DNA of 63,693 nt, filler included, from Reticulomyxa filosa (GCA_000512085.1; 23 parts of 23 records of this genome joined end to end with filler, not necessarily neighbours in it); one strand, 5' to 3'; shown: positions 25,122 through 38,345, counted from the first letter of the whole stretch. The notes: generated by a model from the letters alone, not told the origin. Made by a program: numbers and translations.

Positions 25122-26545
25122 GTATTGTTTGACTTTGTGTTCTTTTTTTTTTTTTTNNNNNNNNNNNNNNNNNNNNNNNNNNNNNNNNNNNNNNNNNNNN
25201 TTAATTAATTAANNNNNNNNNNNNNNNNNNNNNNNNNNNNNNNNNNNNNNNNNNNNAAAAAAAAAAAATCATAACATTTGGGTTTTTTTTCCTTTGTGTG
25301 CTCATTTTGAGAGGAAAAAAAATGCTTGCTTCCAAACAAAGAAGTTGTCCATTTTTTTTGTCACGTAGTTATTACTTGTGGACAAAGCGTTTTAGCCAAG
25401 TGTTTGTGAATCTTTGTTTGTTTGTCTTTTTTTTCCTCTTTCCCCTCCAAACGAGACTTTACAATATCTGGCCTGTTTGTTGGTATGGCCGAGAAATGTT
25501 TAATGGTTTGGACTTTTCCCTTTGGAGAGGATCTCAGGTTTCATTGTCTTCCAAGGGAACTCGACACAACATTTGCTTTTTATTTTGAAAGAAGTACGAG
25601 AATAGAAATGATCATCAACACCATGTCTAGCCAAACTGGGAAATAATAAAAAAATACACTAGTTGTAATTTTTTTGGTCGATGCAAAGCCCTAAATGGAT
25701 TTTGAATTTTGAGGCTTACGGATAGATTGTGCTGCTCTTAAAAGTTTAAACTGCACCATACAACAACAGTATAAAACGTAGTATCTTTTTAAAAAAGCAG
25801 CACATTAGAAACTCATTCTGAATAAACAATATTAGAAAGAACTGCAAAAATAAAAGCTTTGAACACGAATGAATACAATAGCAATTGCTCAATCAAGTAA
25901 TTTTATTTCCATTTTTTGAGAGGAAAATAAAAAAAGAGAAAAAAGTCCTAACAAAATCAAAACAAACCAAAAAAAAACTATGCTGACACAACTTGGCGTG
26001 ACAGTAACCAAAAGGATCGGTTTCTATTTGTTGGTCGAGTTTTCAATGTGTGCGAACTTCAAATATTTATATGTTATGTAAAAAAAAGAGAAATTGAAAA
26101 TTCAACACATCTTTTGTTTTTTTTCTTTGTGCTAACTTTTCCTTTTTGGAAAGGGGAAGAAGGGGGAGAGGAAAAAAAAACGAAAAAAGCGAGTGCAAGA
26201 CCGACAACTGTCAACCACAAAAAAAATCTGATTTAAAAAAAAATTACTAGATTAAAATGTAAAAAAAAATGTAAAAAAAAAAAAAAAAAAAATGATGGCT
26301 CAATCAAGGGAATCTTCGAACCTGCGAAAGGAAGCTAATAACAAGAGNNNNNNNNNNNNNNNNNNNNNNNNNNNNNNNNNNNNNNNNNNNNTTAATTAAT
26401 TAANNNNNNNNNNNNNNNNNNNNNNNNNNNNNNNNNNNNNNNNNNNNACACTAAAAAAAAAAAAAATAATATATATATATATATACATATATAATATATA
26501 TATTTATATACATATATATATATAAAATGTATCCATATAAAACAG

Positions 26546-29099
26546 AGCCCTTCTTTGTGCGATGCGTGAATCCAAACGGAGTAAAGAGCGCGACAGAGTG
26601 GCAGGAATGGGTGGTGGAAGGCCAATTGCGCTGCGGAGGCTTGGTAGAGGCGCTGAAGGTGTTGGCGTTGGGTTACCCGACGCGTGTGCCGTACAACACG
26701 TTGCACGAGAAGTACCACTCGTCGGTGACGAACCCATTGATCCGCAACATGGGTCCGGAGTCGTTTTCCACGGCGCTGTTGATCGCATTCGACGTGAGCG
26801 AGGACGACTACGAGTTGGGATTGACAAAGATCTTTTTCAAGCCCGCCAAAGCGGCAGTGTTGGAAACGATTATGGCACAAGCAGGACGTCCGTTGTCTCC
26901 GGAGCAAAACGTGAAGATCACCAAGTGGGTCGTGCAAAAGCGTATCAAGCAATTGGTAGGGACAAGCAAGGCGTTCCTGGAGCTCCGTCATCGCGTGCGT
27001 CTGCGTCGCGCCGCCAAGCGCTGGGAAGACACTGGTCGCGTGGCCTCACTGTTGGCCTTCAGTTTATGTCGGCATTTGCGCATGGCACGAGACCAAATCC
27101 TCGACCGAAGGCGCAACCAAAGCGCCCAAGCAGTGCAGTCGTTCTTCCGCGGCGTCTACGAGTGCTCGCGCTATCGTCGCCACATTGTGAAAGTAAAGAA
27201 GGCGACAAAGATGGTGTGGATTTCGTATCGTCGCTGGAACGAGCGTAAGCTGCTTAAAAACTGGCTCGACCAAAAGGTCGTGGAAACGAGAAAGCGCAAA
27301 GAGGAGGAGCGCATTCGCATGGAACTTGCCAGAAAAAAAGAATTGGAGGAAAACAAGAGACGAGAGGAAGAAACCAGACTGCGCGAGGAGGCGCGACGAG
27401 AAGCCGAACAACGGATGGAAAAAGAGAGACAACGCATATTGGAAGAAGAACGCTTACGCGAGGAGCTGCGCAAACAAGAGGAACAGAAACGACTAGAGGA
27501 AGAGGAACGCAAACGCAAAGAGTTGGAACAGGAAAAACAGCTGGCCAGAGATCGCATCGAACGCGCTTCCACCAATGTGAAGAGACAAAAAGAGGATGGC
27601 GAGAGGAGACAGGCCGCAGAAATCAGGGCCGAGCGCGAGTCGTCCATCAAGATCAAAAAGAAAAAAATTCAGAAGGAAGAACACAATCGAAAGCAGAAAC
27701 GGGAGGATGCTTACTTGCGAAAGAACTTTCCTGAAATGGTTGAGGATGATGACGATGACGAAGAAGAAGAACACAATAATGATGATGATGATGAAGAAGA
27801 AGAAGAAGAAGAAGAAGGAGATGATGATGGTGGACGTGGACGTAAGAAAAAACAACGTGCGAAAAAGCGCGGCGGCAAAAAACAAAAAAAAATAAAGAAA
27901 AAACCGCGTAAGGTAGATCAAGATGGTAGTGGTGATAACGAAGAGGGAGACGAGGACGAGGAGGTGGAAGAGGATGAAGAATCGTCTCGTGATGAAAATG
28001 AAGAGGCCACCGATCATGAAGAACCAGTACTCAGCGTTCAACAGCAACTCAAAACGTTTCCGAAAACGGCTGCCTTGGGTCAGCTGTTTTTAAAATACAC
28101 TGGACGGCGTCGGAGAAAACCGCAGGATCGCATTGTCAAGGTCACGTTTGGCGAAGGCGGTGCGCCCAAACAAATATCGTGGGGAAGCGGGTCCAGACAT
28201 ATCGACTTTGAAGACATCCTTTATATCGCTTGGGGACATTGGACCCCGGTGTTCCAAGCTAGAAAAGACCAACTCGACTCCAGCTTGTGCTTTAGTGTCG
28301 TCGGCAAAGCTCAAGTGCTAGACGTGCAGGCGCAGAACAAAGAAATGGCCGAACTGTGGGTCAGAGGTTTGCGCAAGTTGATCGGACAAACGGATGAACA
28401 GGCGTTGCTCTTGAGCAAACAGGGATTGGAAAATGAATCTGTCGGAGGGACTACCGCACAAGGTGGAAAAGACAAGGACAAGGACAAGGACAAGGATAAG
28501 GACAAAGACAAAAACAACACGAAGGAACACAAGAAACGTGCCAGGTCGTTGATGCTGCTGCAACAAGATCTGTTTGTTATGACCACCACCACGGTGTTTC
28601 GCAACTTGGAAGAGGAGCGCATTTGGGATATTGACCAATCCGTTCGCGATAAATTTAATGCCAAACTTTTGTATGAAGAGGCCTTGAAAGAGGACGTCCC
28701 ATGGAGACAATGGAACCAATGGGTCCGTGAAAAAGTTGTTACTTATCTAAAGGAAAACAATCGTGTTGTCGTTCAACAGTCCTATTACCCAGAGCAAATT
28801 ATGCCTCAAATGACTTATGTAATATATACATTTTTTTTTTTTTTTTTCTCCTCTACATTTTGTCATCGTTTTTTTGCTCATGATTTTATGTGGCTTTTTT
28901 TTTCCTCTCTCAATAGACACAACCTATTGCTCAACAAATATATCAACCAATGCAAACTATTCCTATGCAACAGGTATATCAGCAACCTCAAATTCAAAGA
29001 GGTGGGACTCAGCAATTTGCTCAACCTACTGCCTCCATGCCAATGCAACAAACCAATCCGGCCACGGGACAACAAGATGAGGCTTGCACTCTTATGTAA
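26546..29099 (+). CDS. Myosin, C-terminal part: motor end/converter, IQ, charged helix, acidic linker, PH domain, Q/P-rich tail with CaaX; intron 28819-28916
   Basis: EPFFVRCVNPN, QLRCGGLVEALKVLALGYPTR, YELGLTKIFFK, IQ-like AVQSFFRG, ER/K-rich helix, PH (GQLFLKY...CFSVV...LDVQA...AELWVRGLRKL). The spliced last exon ends DEACTLM-stop. Confidence 0.92.
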
Positions 29100-29809
29100 A
29101 AAAAAACAACAAACTGCTTTTCATTTTGTTCTTCGAAAATAGCTCTAACAATGGAGCCACGACAAAACGCACTTAAATTGATTATTGGTTTTACACGTCT
29201 TTTTATATTTTTTGTTTATATATTAAAAAAATTCCTATTTTTGTTTATATATAATTTTTTTTTTTTTTTGACCGGAAATTTTTCGTTGACTAACTTTGTT
29301 TTGTTTTTTAACCGGCAAAAGTGTTAGGAAGTTAGCATGCTTTTTTGTTTATATATTTGATCCCATGAATTGAGAATGGCTAGTATACACTCAATATAGA
29401 ATACTTTCCACAATTTGTTCTTGCTTTTTATCAGCTTTAAGTAAGCTAACTCTTTTTTAACATCCATTGTTTCTTTTTTTCATTACATATATTAATATTT
29501 TTCGCTTTTTGGACATATTAAAATTTGTTTACTCTTCATCAAAATTTTGCTTGCTTTATTATCTTGCCTTTTGATATTAATCAGACGCACGTTCCTGATC
29601 AGAGATTACCCAATACATCAAATTCTTCAATATTTTATAGTTCACAGTAATATGTAATGGCCAATCATAAAGCAATAAATTTCAATGTTGAGTAGAAGCA
29701 ATGGCACAACAAAAGTGAAAGAAAAGACAAGTGCTACTTTATATTAATAAAAAAAAAAAGCGCCTTTTTTTGTGAACGTGGCTGCAACTAAAAATATAAA
29801 ATAATAATA

Positions 29810-30481
29810 ATGTATACTTGCAAAAGATTGGGTTACCCTCGCGTTGCCCTTGGGTTTTCCCCTCGCTTCTTTTCGTCACAACGAAGTAAAGGCAAGACGA
29901 TTGTAGTGGATAATCCCTACACGGGGGCAGTGCACTGCGAGGTTCCATTGTCGCCACTTTCCGAGTCGTTGAAGCTGCTGACTTCATGCAGCAATGCACA
30001 AAAGCAATATTGGAATGAAACACAAAAGTCATTGGAGAGCAGACAAGCAATGGTGAAAAAGTATATAAAGGGGCTGAAAGAGTTGGAAAAAGAGTTTGCT
30101 ACAGAAATCACAGAAAGCATGGGTAAGCCATTGCGTCAATCGTTGGGTGAAGTGAACACAATGTTGCAGCGCGCCGAAGCAGTGCTTGAAATGTCAACTT
30201 CAGCATTGGCAGATGAGGTATTGGTACCAATGCCAAATATCAACCGAACCATCCGCAAAGAGCCCGTGGGGACTGTCTTTGTCATTGCCCCGTGGAACTA
30301 TCCTTTGTTGTGTTCCATCAACTCCATCATCCCCGCGCTGTTAGCCGGAAACAGTATTTTGTTCAAGATGTCCAGTCGAACTCCGAGAATTGCCGATTTG
30401 TTCGCAAAAGCTGCCCAAAAGAGTGATTTTCCAAAAAACCTGATCACCCCAATCCATTGTGACCATGAAGTCACAACTGCA
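29810..30481 (+). CDS. Aldehyde dehydrogenase, 5' partial
   Basis: VDNPYTG, ITESMGKP, RKEPVGTVFVIAPWNYPL, PALLAGNSILFK; mitochondrial-type presequence; ends at a GT donor near the contig end. Confidence 0.92.
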
Positions 30482-30637
30482 GTTTAGTTGAAATTTTTTT
30501 TTTTAATAAACTTCCCCTTTTTTTTTTTTTTTTTTTTNNNNNNNNNNNNNNNNNNNNNNNNNNNNNNNNNNNNNNNNNNNNTTAATTAATTAANNNNNNN
30601 NNNNNNNNNNNNNNNNNNNNNNNNNNNNNNNNNNNNN

Positions 30638-31074
30638 ATGCTATTGCTTCTGTCCAATTTTCACCTGATGGTAACAGAATTATATCTAGTTCATGGGATT
30701 ACACCATTCGATTGTGGGATGCATCATCTGGAAAACAAATTCAATCTTTAGAAGATCATTCATATGCTGTTACTTCTGTCCAATTTTCATCTGATGGTAA
30801 CAAAATTGTATCTGATTCAGATGATAAAACCATTAGTTTGCATGATTTGTCTTCCGCTCGTGTTGCAGGCATGTCTGATGTTTCGAGTAATCGTTTTTAT
30901 GCTTACAGAAAATGTTTATCAGATTTGCAGAATAAAAAGTCTCTGTGGAAATGCATTTGGCAAAACGGTGTTCAAAAAACTGGTTTGTCATTGGATGGCA
31001 GTACTTGGAAAGATACTAAAGGTATAACTCTTTTTCTGGTGTCAGTTGTTGAAAAATATGGCGGAACATTTTAA
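30638..31074 (+). CDS. C-terminal fragment of a WD40-repeat protein (same family as 55181-57113)
   Basis: SVQFSPDGNRIISSSWDYTIRLWDASSGKQ repeats and the shared terminal cap WKCI..G...GLSL..S.WKD.KG......VVE..GG. Confidence 0.85.
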
Positions 31075-31780
31075 TTTATTTTTTTTATGAAAAATGGTTG
31101 TTTTGAGATTTTTTTTGTGTGTTTTTTTTACTTAAGTATTAATTTTTTGCTTGTAATTTGATTGGAAATGACCATATTGATATTAAGACGGACGATAGCT
31201 TTGTTTTTATTTTTATGCTGTTCAATCGGTAATTCTATCACTTTTTTAAAACTAAAGTATAAACTGTTAGAAAAATAAAAAATATTTTTTATACAAAATG
31301 CTACGTCATACGCAAGTATTGTACATGACAAACTAGTAATCGATCAAACTAGTGTATTATTTTTTATAATTAAAATAAATAAATACAAAAATTTATAATA
31401 TTATTTAATAAAAATAATGATTATTACATAATGAATAAATTGTGGATAATCTAAAGATATGTAAGATTTCAGGTGAAAAAAAAATTAAAATTTGTTTTAC
31501 TATTTTTTCTTAAATTTATATTACATAAAATATGCGAAAAAAAGAAAATAAAATAGTAAAATGAATCAATTTTAATAATTAAACAATAATATAAAATTAT
31601 AATCCAAAATATTTATAAAAAACAAAATCATCTTTAGATTCACAACAATTTATATTATTATTTAAAAATATTTAAAAGTAAAAAAATGTAAAGTAAATCA
31701 CGAAATCCTACGTATTAAATTCATAGAAAAAATTATAAGCAATGATGAAATTGAATTTAATAATAATTTAATTGAAAATA

Positions 31781-31801
31781 CAGTAGGTTGCAAAGAAAAC
31801 T
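31781..31801 (+). mobile_element. MITE/Tc1 terminal inverted repeat at contig end
   Basis: TA|CAGTAGGTTGCAAAGAAAACT. Confidence 0.7.
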
Positions 31802-31901
31802 NNNNNNNNNNNNNNNNNNNNNNNNNNNNNNNNNNNNNNNNNNNNTTAATTAATTAANNNNNNNNNNNNNNNNNNNNNNNNNNNNNNNNNNNNNNNNNNN
31901 N

Positions 31902-31939
31902 TGCCATTTAGGTATGGCAGTTTTTTTTGCAATCTACTG
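31902..31939 (-). mobile_element. MITE/Tc1 terminal inverted repeat at contig start
   Basis: Reverse complement CAGTAGATTGCAAAAAAAACTGCCATACCTAAATGG matches the left end of the 12529 copy; followed by TA. Confidence 0.8.
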
Positions 31940-32010
31940 TAGTTACAAATAAATAAAGATTGCTGAATTTTCGGAAAATGCAAAAAGGATAAAAAAAAGC
32001 AACAACTTAC

Positions 32011-32531
32011 ATTTGCATCTAACCACCGCGTAAACGCAACACCAAATGCAAAGTGCTTTTCTTTTGGATGTTGTAATCACTTAAAATTCTTCAGTCTTCT
32101 AACTTCTTTCCAGCAAAGATTAGTCGTTGTTGCTCTGGTGAAATGCCTTCCTTATCTTGGATCTTTGCCTTGACGTTTTTGATCATGTCGTTGGGCTCAA
32201 CGTCTAAGGTTATGGTTTGCCAGTCAAGGTCTTCACGAAGCTATAAGTTTCTTTTAAAAAATGGAATTGGATTAAATTACAAAAATTATATAACTTACAT
32301 TTGCATTGCACCACCTCGTAAACGCAGCACCAAATGCAATATGCTTTCTTTTTGGATGTTATAATCGCTCAATGTTCGTCCATCCTCAATTGCTTTCCTG
32401 CAAAGATCAGTTGTTAATTCTCTGGAAGAATGCCTTCTTTGTCTTGGATCTTGACTTTCACTTTCTGGATCGTTGGGCACGACATCAAATGTGATTGCAT
32501 TTGTATCAACATTTTTTATTTTTATCTTCAA
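32011..32531 (-). pseudogene. Polyubiquitin pseudogene (two monomers plus the start of a third); intron 32241-32298
   Basis: [25 protein letters not shown]|IFVKTLTGK...[42 protein letters not shown]; frameshifts and in-frame TGA/TAG. Confidence 0.9.
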
Positions 32532-32687
32532 CTAAAATGATCGAAAAAGTGCAAATAGACTTTTTTTTGGGAAGAATCTCCACTTCTTGGTCCCTTTATT
32601 TTTGATGAAATGCTTCAAATTGTCCAATAAGAATTCATTTGTGATTTGTCGTAAAACCAACACAATTTCAAATATACACAATTTTTA

Positions 32688-33300
32688 TTACATATTCATT
32701 TCGTGTGCACTTGTGTCTGCATCATGTGTAATAGCAATGCTAGCCTCACCATTGCTTGCGTTCACTTTTTTATGCTTTTTTTTTTTTTTATTTTTCTTTG
32801 CTGCTTTCTCACTGCTGTTCGTGTCTTTCGCTTTTGAGTTCGTCACTGATCGCGCTCTTCTTCGTTTTGAATGTCGGCTCGTATCTTTCACTCTTGCCTT
32901 TTCTCGGCCTGGTGTTTCATTCATCACGTCCGATATTGCGCGTGTCACTGGAGTTGTTGTTTATTCGCACATACATACCTTTTTTGGCTTTTTTTTTTTA
33001 AAAAAGTACTTCTTCTTCTTCTTACCTTTCAATCTATATTCTCCTTTTGAAACAAAAAAAATTGTTCCGTCAAACTCGAAAATTTCCGGTAAAGTAGAGG
33101 GACGCAAGAGAGGGGCCAAAGAAAGAAGCCAAAGATTGAGACAAATAGCATACGTGGTAACTCGTTATTGGTTTTTTTTTATGAGGTCGTTCAATGCTAG
33201 ATGCAAACGAGTACATTCTATGTCATCTAATTTCTCCATGTACGTTTGAAATTCTTCTATCAAGCTCTTTGCCAAACACTATTCTGATCTTTGCATTATT
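32688..33300 (-). CDS. Hypothetical membrane-associated protein (fragmented frame)
   Basis: Coding-like segments (IEEFQTYMEKLDDIE..., LFVSIFGFFLWPLSCVPLLY, basic tail) separated by an A-run frameshift and an intron. Confidence 0.3.
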
Positions 33301-34042
33301 ACTATTATTATTTTATTATATTATTATTTTAGGATAGCTAATGATGTCAATGTCAATTTCAAAAAAAAAATCAATATGGATAGGGCTTCTCGATGAACGT
33401 AGCATGGAAGAACTATACATTTTGGTTGTTGGCCTATACTTTTTTTATCTCTTTATTTTCAACACAGAAAAATATAACAAAACTTGCAAATGCAAACTCA
33501 ATGAAAGCTTTATTTATTTGTTTATTCGTTTTTCGTAAATATATTTATGTACTGTTAGACACGAAAAACTACTTACATTCCGTTATTTGTGATCACTGTT
33601 TTAGTTGTCATTCTTGGATTCATCTCTTTTTGCTATGTATCTTTGTTTATTTAAAAGTTGGTTGTACTTTCCTTTCGAAAGTAAATAAGATCTGCTTCTT
33701 GTAAACAGTTTGAGACCCATAAATGAAATTCATGATAATCATTATATTAATCAATACTGACAAACTAACATTACGTTTGTTAGCCATCAGCAATAAATAT
33801 TGTTATTGCAATATAACAAAAATTCACAAGTAAAGTAAAAAGATTAAATAAAAGGAATTCAACAATATCATACATAAAACAAATGGTGGTAACANNNNNN
33901 NNNNNNNNNNNNNNNNNNNNNNNNNNNNNNNNNNNNNNTTAATTAATTAANNNNNNNNNNNNNNNNNNNNNNNNNNNNNNNNNNNNNNNNNNNNAAAAAA
34001 AAATAGAACAAAAAAAAAAAAAAAAAAAAAATGTATACATAC

Positions 34043-34595
34043 CTGCACTTTCGAGAGTTGGTTTGGATGGTGTAATCGACTCGGTATTGTGTTGGTGTTG
34101 AGACGTAGTAAGGAATTGCTCCTTGTCAGAAAAAGACTGAGGGAAAACCCCGTCTTCGATTGCAAAAGTCGGTATTTTGTCGAAAATATTGTCACAATAC
34201 GTTGGGTCTGGCTTTTTCTCAAAAAATGTGTCAATCAATGAGTTGTCGTTAGATGCGCGATGTCCATCGCTTTGCAGCTTTGCGCTATCTTTCGATTCCG
34301 GCTGAAATGGCCGTATCTCCAACGACTTACCCTTCAATATATTGTGCGTTGCACTCGATAATGCCTTTTTCAACTTCTCCACATCCTGTGACGTCTTCAT
34401 ATACACGTGGCACAGGGCAGACTCTTTTTCTCCCCAGTCTGGAATTCGATTCGTTGCGCAAGAACCAAACCCAAAAATGTTCGGCGTTACTTCCAACGTT
34501 TCACATCCCAGTGACGAGAAAATCTCTTCCCAATCCTCAAGTCTCCACGTAGAGAGACCACCGCTCACCAAGATTGCAGAACCATGGTGGGTCAT
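34043..34595 (-). CDS. Hypothetical protein, first exon, possible divergent RRM
   Basis: AILVSGGLSTWRLEDWEEIFS...ALCHVYM...ILKGKSLEIRP resembles RRM spacing; GTATG donor at 34042. Confidence 0.45.
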
Positions 34596-36120
34596 TTTTT
34601 TGATTTTGCTTTTATTTCAATTTGTCACTTATTTTTTTGCTTAATGAAACCCGACAGCTTTTTTCCTTTAAAGTAGCACACACGCCAAAACTGGCGTTTT
34701 CGGATCGTTTACATGATTTTTTGAGACAAACTAATGTGTTGTGGAATGTAGAGGTAAGAATATCTTAGATATTTTATTTATTATGATATATCCTCTAGAA
34801 TTCTCAGTAAGTGCGCATTTCCGATATATTACAAAATATGTATATATTACACTATCTGGATCAAGCGTATTTTTTGCAACTATCCACTTAGTAAGAGTGA
34901 ACACATTCATCATGTACGCATTATCCTCATAAGTAACTATTACCTAGCCGAAGCAAATCAAGGTTGCCATAAACATTTAAGCATTATCACTGACAATTCG
35001 TATCAGACATCTACATTCGCTATTGGAACATAGATAAACCTAAATTTGGGCTGTTACTGCCACCAGATAATAAAGCTAAAAAATTATAAAACATTATGGT
35101 ATAACTTTAATAGAAAAATTTCATATTTGTGTCAACATTATCCAATTAAAAAATGTGTTGTATCAGTGCAATGTTATTAAAACAAATCACTTGCAATTAT
35201 TCCAAAGTTTTTGTCAACATCAATTGACTTGTGATTATACAGTAAGAATTGCAAATATTCAAATATGAACATACATATTTATTTGCGAAACTTTTCGATC
35301 GTATGAAACGCGCACTATCGACAAATCATAAACTTTTTTCAATGTTTTTCCCAAAAACTATCATTTTTACTTAAAAAAATTATTCATGCATACACCAAAT
35401 AGCGCAAATAATAACATAAAATGCGATAATACTCTTGAAAACAAGTACGGAATGTCGCATTATTTACATTAAGATTTTTTGTTAAAGAACGTTGTTACCA
35501 AGCATTACACAAAAAATAATACTTGTCTTGCAGTACAATTGGTAAATTATCACAACTACAACTACATACTTCCACATACTGCAAGTGAATAGGACATCAA
35601 TCCAGATATCAAACCCACACATTTTTAAAAAAAAAAAGGAAAAAAAAAAAAGAAAATTGTGGATACCCCTTTGTGGTAGACAAAACATTAAAGAAATGTC
35701 TGTTAAGTTATAAAATTTTGGATTATGTTGTAGAAGTATTTGTGTTCTTTTTTCTTCAATTAATTGCAAGCTTATTCCAAGACTAAATCGGCATAAGATA
35801 AAAAATACAGAGTAGCCAACGTTTCTTTTTCTTCAATTTTCTGACATATAAAACTAAAAAAAAAATATATCACAAGAGAAAGCACCTTCTCTCTAAATTT
35901 TTGTGCTGCAAAGGATAAAAAATATTGCTTCAAAACTATCAATTTATTAACAATGGTTTGTGTGAAAAATTGAATGTCCAACATAATAAATTGATGAAAA
36001 GAATAAAATAATATACAGAAACTTTGTTTACATAAAAACAAAAGTTGTCTTTTTTTTTTGGAGTTCCAAAAAAGGATTGAATCGAAAAGTTAGCCCAACA
36101 GTCAAAAAAGCGTGTTTGTG

Positions 36121-37200
36121 CTATTCATTTTCACTATCAATATCATCGTCATCATCTTCTGGTTCTTCTTCATCATCATCATAGTCATCATATTCATCAG
36201 TGGTGTCATCACCAGTCATATCCGAACTGTAGTCCGATTCAGCCAAAGAAAGGAGGGCACTGTCATCACGATCAAAAGTGGTAGGTGCATTTTTCTGAGC
36301 AGTGACAATGTCAAAGAGAGCAGGATCAGAAGGAATGGAAATGACAGAGAATGGACAAGATTGATGGCAATGTTGAGTCAAATTTTTATACGTGAGTTGT
36401 AAGAACTGAACAAAGCTGAGTGTGTCCTCCTGCGAGATGAAGCGATAGTAATTGTTGAACATCCGTCGTCGCTCGCGAACTTCTCTCGGTTCATGTTCCA
36501 TTTTTTCAGATTTTTTGGATCCTTGTTTTTGTTCTTCTTGTCCTTGTTTATGTTTCTTTCTTTCCTCGATGGAGTCAGTGCTACAGCTATCACTGGAACT
36601 CGTACTATATTTGGTTTTGGATATACTTGTATCTTTCTTCACATTGTCTTTTACTTCAGCTTCTGTTTTCATTTCAGTTGTTTTGGCTTTTGTTTCTGTT
36701 TTTGCTTTTGCTTGTTGTTGTGCCCCTTCGTGACGATAGCGTATGTGAAGGACGAATTCGATAGGATAGCCACGTTGCCAAACCGTTCTGTACACAAAGG
36801 TCAAAAACAGCTCCCACTTTTTTCGAATGGCTTCGTTCGGAGGGGTATTTAAATGGAGGAACAATTTCAATTGAACAGTGAGAGGTTTGTCTTTGTTGGA
36901 TGTATTCACCTTCAAACTATTGCTATTGCTGTCCGTGCTAGATGTAGAGCCACGACAAGCGTCCATCACCTGTCGCAACTTCCAGAACAAAGAGATGCGA
37001 TGGAGGTGCTTGAGCGCGTTGAAGTTGGGGATGGATGTCACCAAGCGAATATTGGTCAAAGTGGACCGAAACTTACTGCTGTGATCGAATAAGAACCGCA
37101 ACAGTATGGTGACATTCGACAAGCGATGATTGCGAAATGGGACCCAAGGAACAATGTCACTTGTTGCAAGGGGAAGATTGAATGTTTATCCAACATTTCT
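36121..37200 (-). CDS. Hypothetical protein, 3' exon with acidic tail
   Basis: 333-aa ORF with coding composition; no family recognised. Confidence 0.6.
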
Positions 37201-37858
37201 TGTATTTTTCTTTTTTTTTTTGCAAATGTGAAAAATTGTGTGCTTTCAAACAAACAAACAAANNNNNNNNNNNNNNNNNNNNNNNNNNNNNNNNNNNNNN
37301 NNNNNNTTAATTAATTAANNNNNNNNNNNNNNNNNNNNNNNNNNNNNNNNNNNNNNNNNNNNAAAAAAAAACATCAGACTTTTATGAATTAAAAAAATAC
37401 CAAAAAAGAAGATGTGCTTTTGCTTATGTCCAGTCTGGTGGGCAGTAAAATTTTGTTCACTTGGGGAATCATAATGACAATTAGGTATTTTTGTCACATT
37501 TCACTCAAAGAAATGTAATAAAACATCAATCTATTCCAAACAAGAACGGAACAAATAAAAGGATTTATTAGTCTTTTATGACCACAACATGTGGCATTTA
37601 TTTTAGTTATTTCAATTGAATAGATTAATCTCTCAGTTGAAACATGAATGACAAAATCAAACATTTAGCAAAAGGTGTTTTTTATTTGTTTTTATCTATT
37701 CGCATATGTGTACATATTACACAGTTTTTTTTTTGCATTGATATCCATTTAGATTCATTATAAAAAAAGAAAAAATCTTCAGTGACATAAGAAGAAGAAA
37801 AACAAAACACAAACAATGGCGTTATTTTGATTAAGGACGATATATGTAGTACATATCG

Positions 37859-38345
37859 TTAATCCTCACTGGAGCTATCACTACTGCTCTGACCGACAGA
37901 AGGGGAATGACTTGATGTATAATGTTGACTGGAAGAATAAACGCCGTTGCATTGGCTGTTGCAATCACTTACATCACAAAAATTGTTTTGACACATTGAA
38001 TTGCACAAATCTGGGCAAATTTTATTACGATCTGTGTATGGATAATCTCCTGACATCATTCTCGCTGCAGATGAACCCTTTATTGTATTTTTTTAAGTTT
38101 TATTTTTTCCGTTCAAACTTTTTTAAAAAACACAAAACTACTATAATAATGTTAGTGATTATCAAAGTGGTCAACAATATAAATAAGCTGAAACAACAGG
38201 CTTTTGATCTTCGATGGTGTTTGGTTCTTGGGCTTGCTGATTTCACTTTAACAGATTGAACATGTCCTTCAGAAACCAAAAACGGAGATGACAGCTCACC
38301 TACCGGTTGTGACGTAGTTTGCACTTTATTGTTATTAAAAAACAA
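37859..38345 (-). CDS. Small membrane-anchored protein with a six-cysteine module
   Basis: A hydrophobic helix exon splices in phase 0 (AATAAAG|GGT) to CPDLCNSMCQNNFCDVSDCNSQC plus a Ser-rich tail; start codon not identified. Confidence 0.5.
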
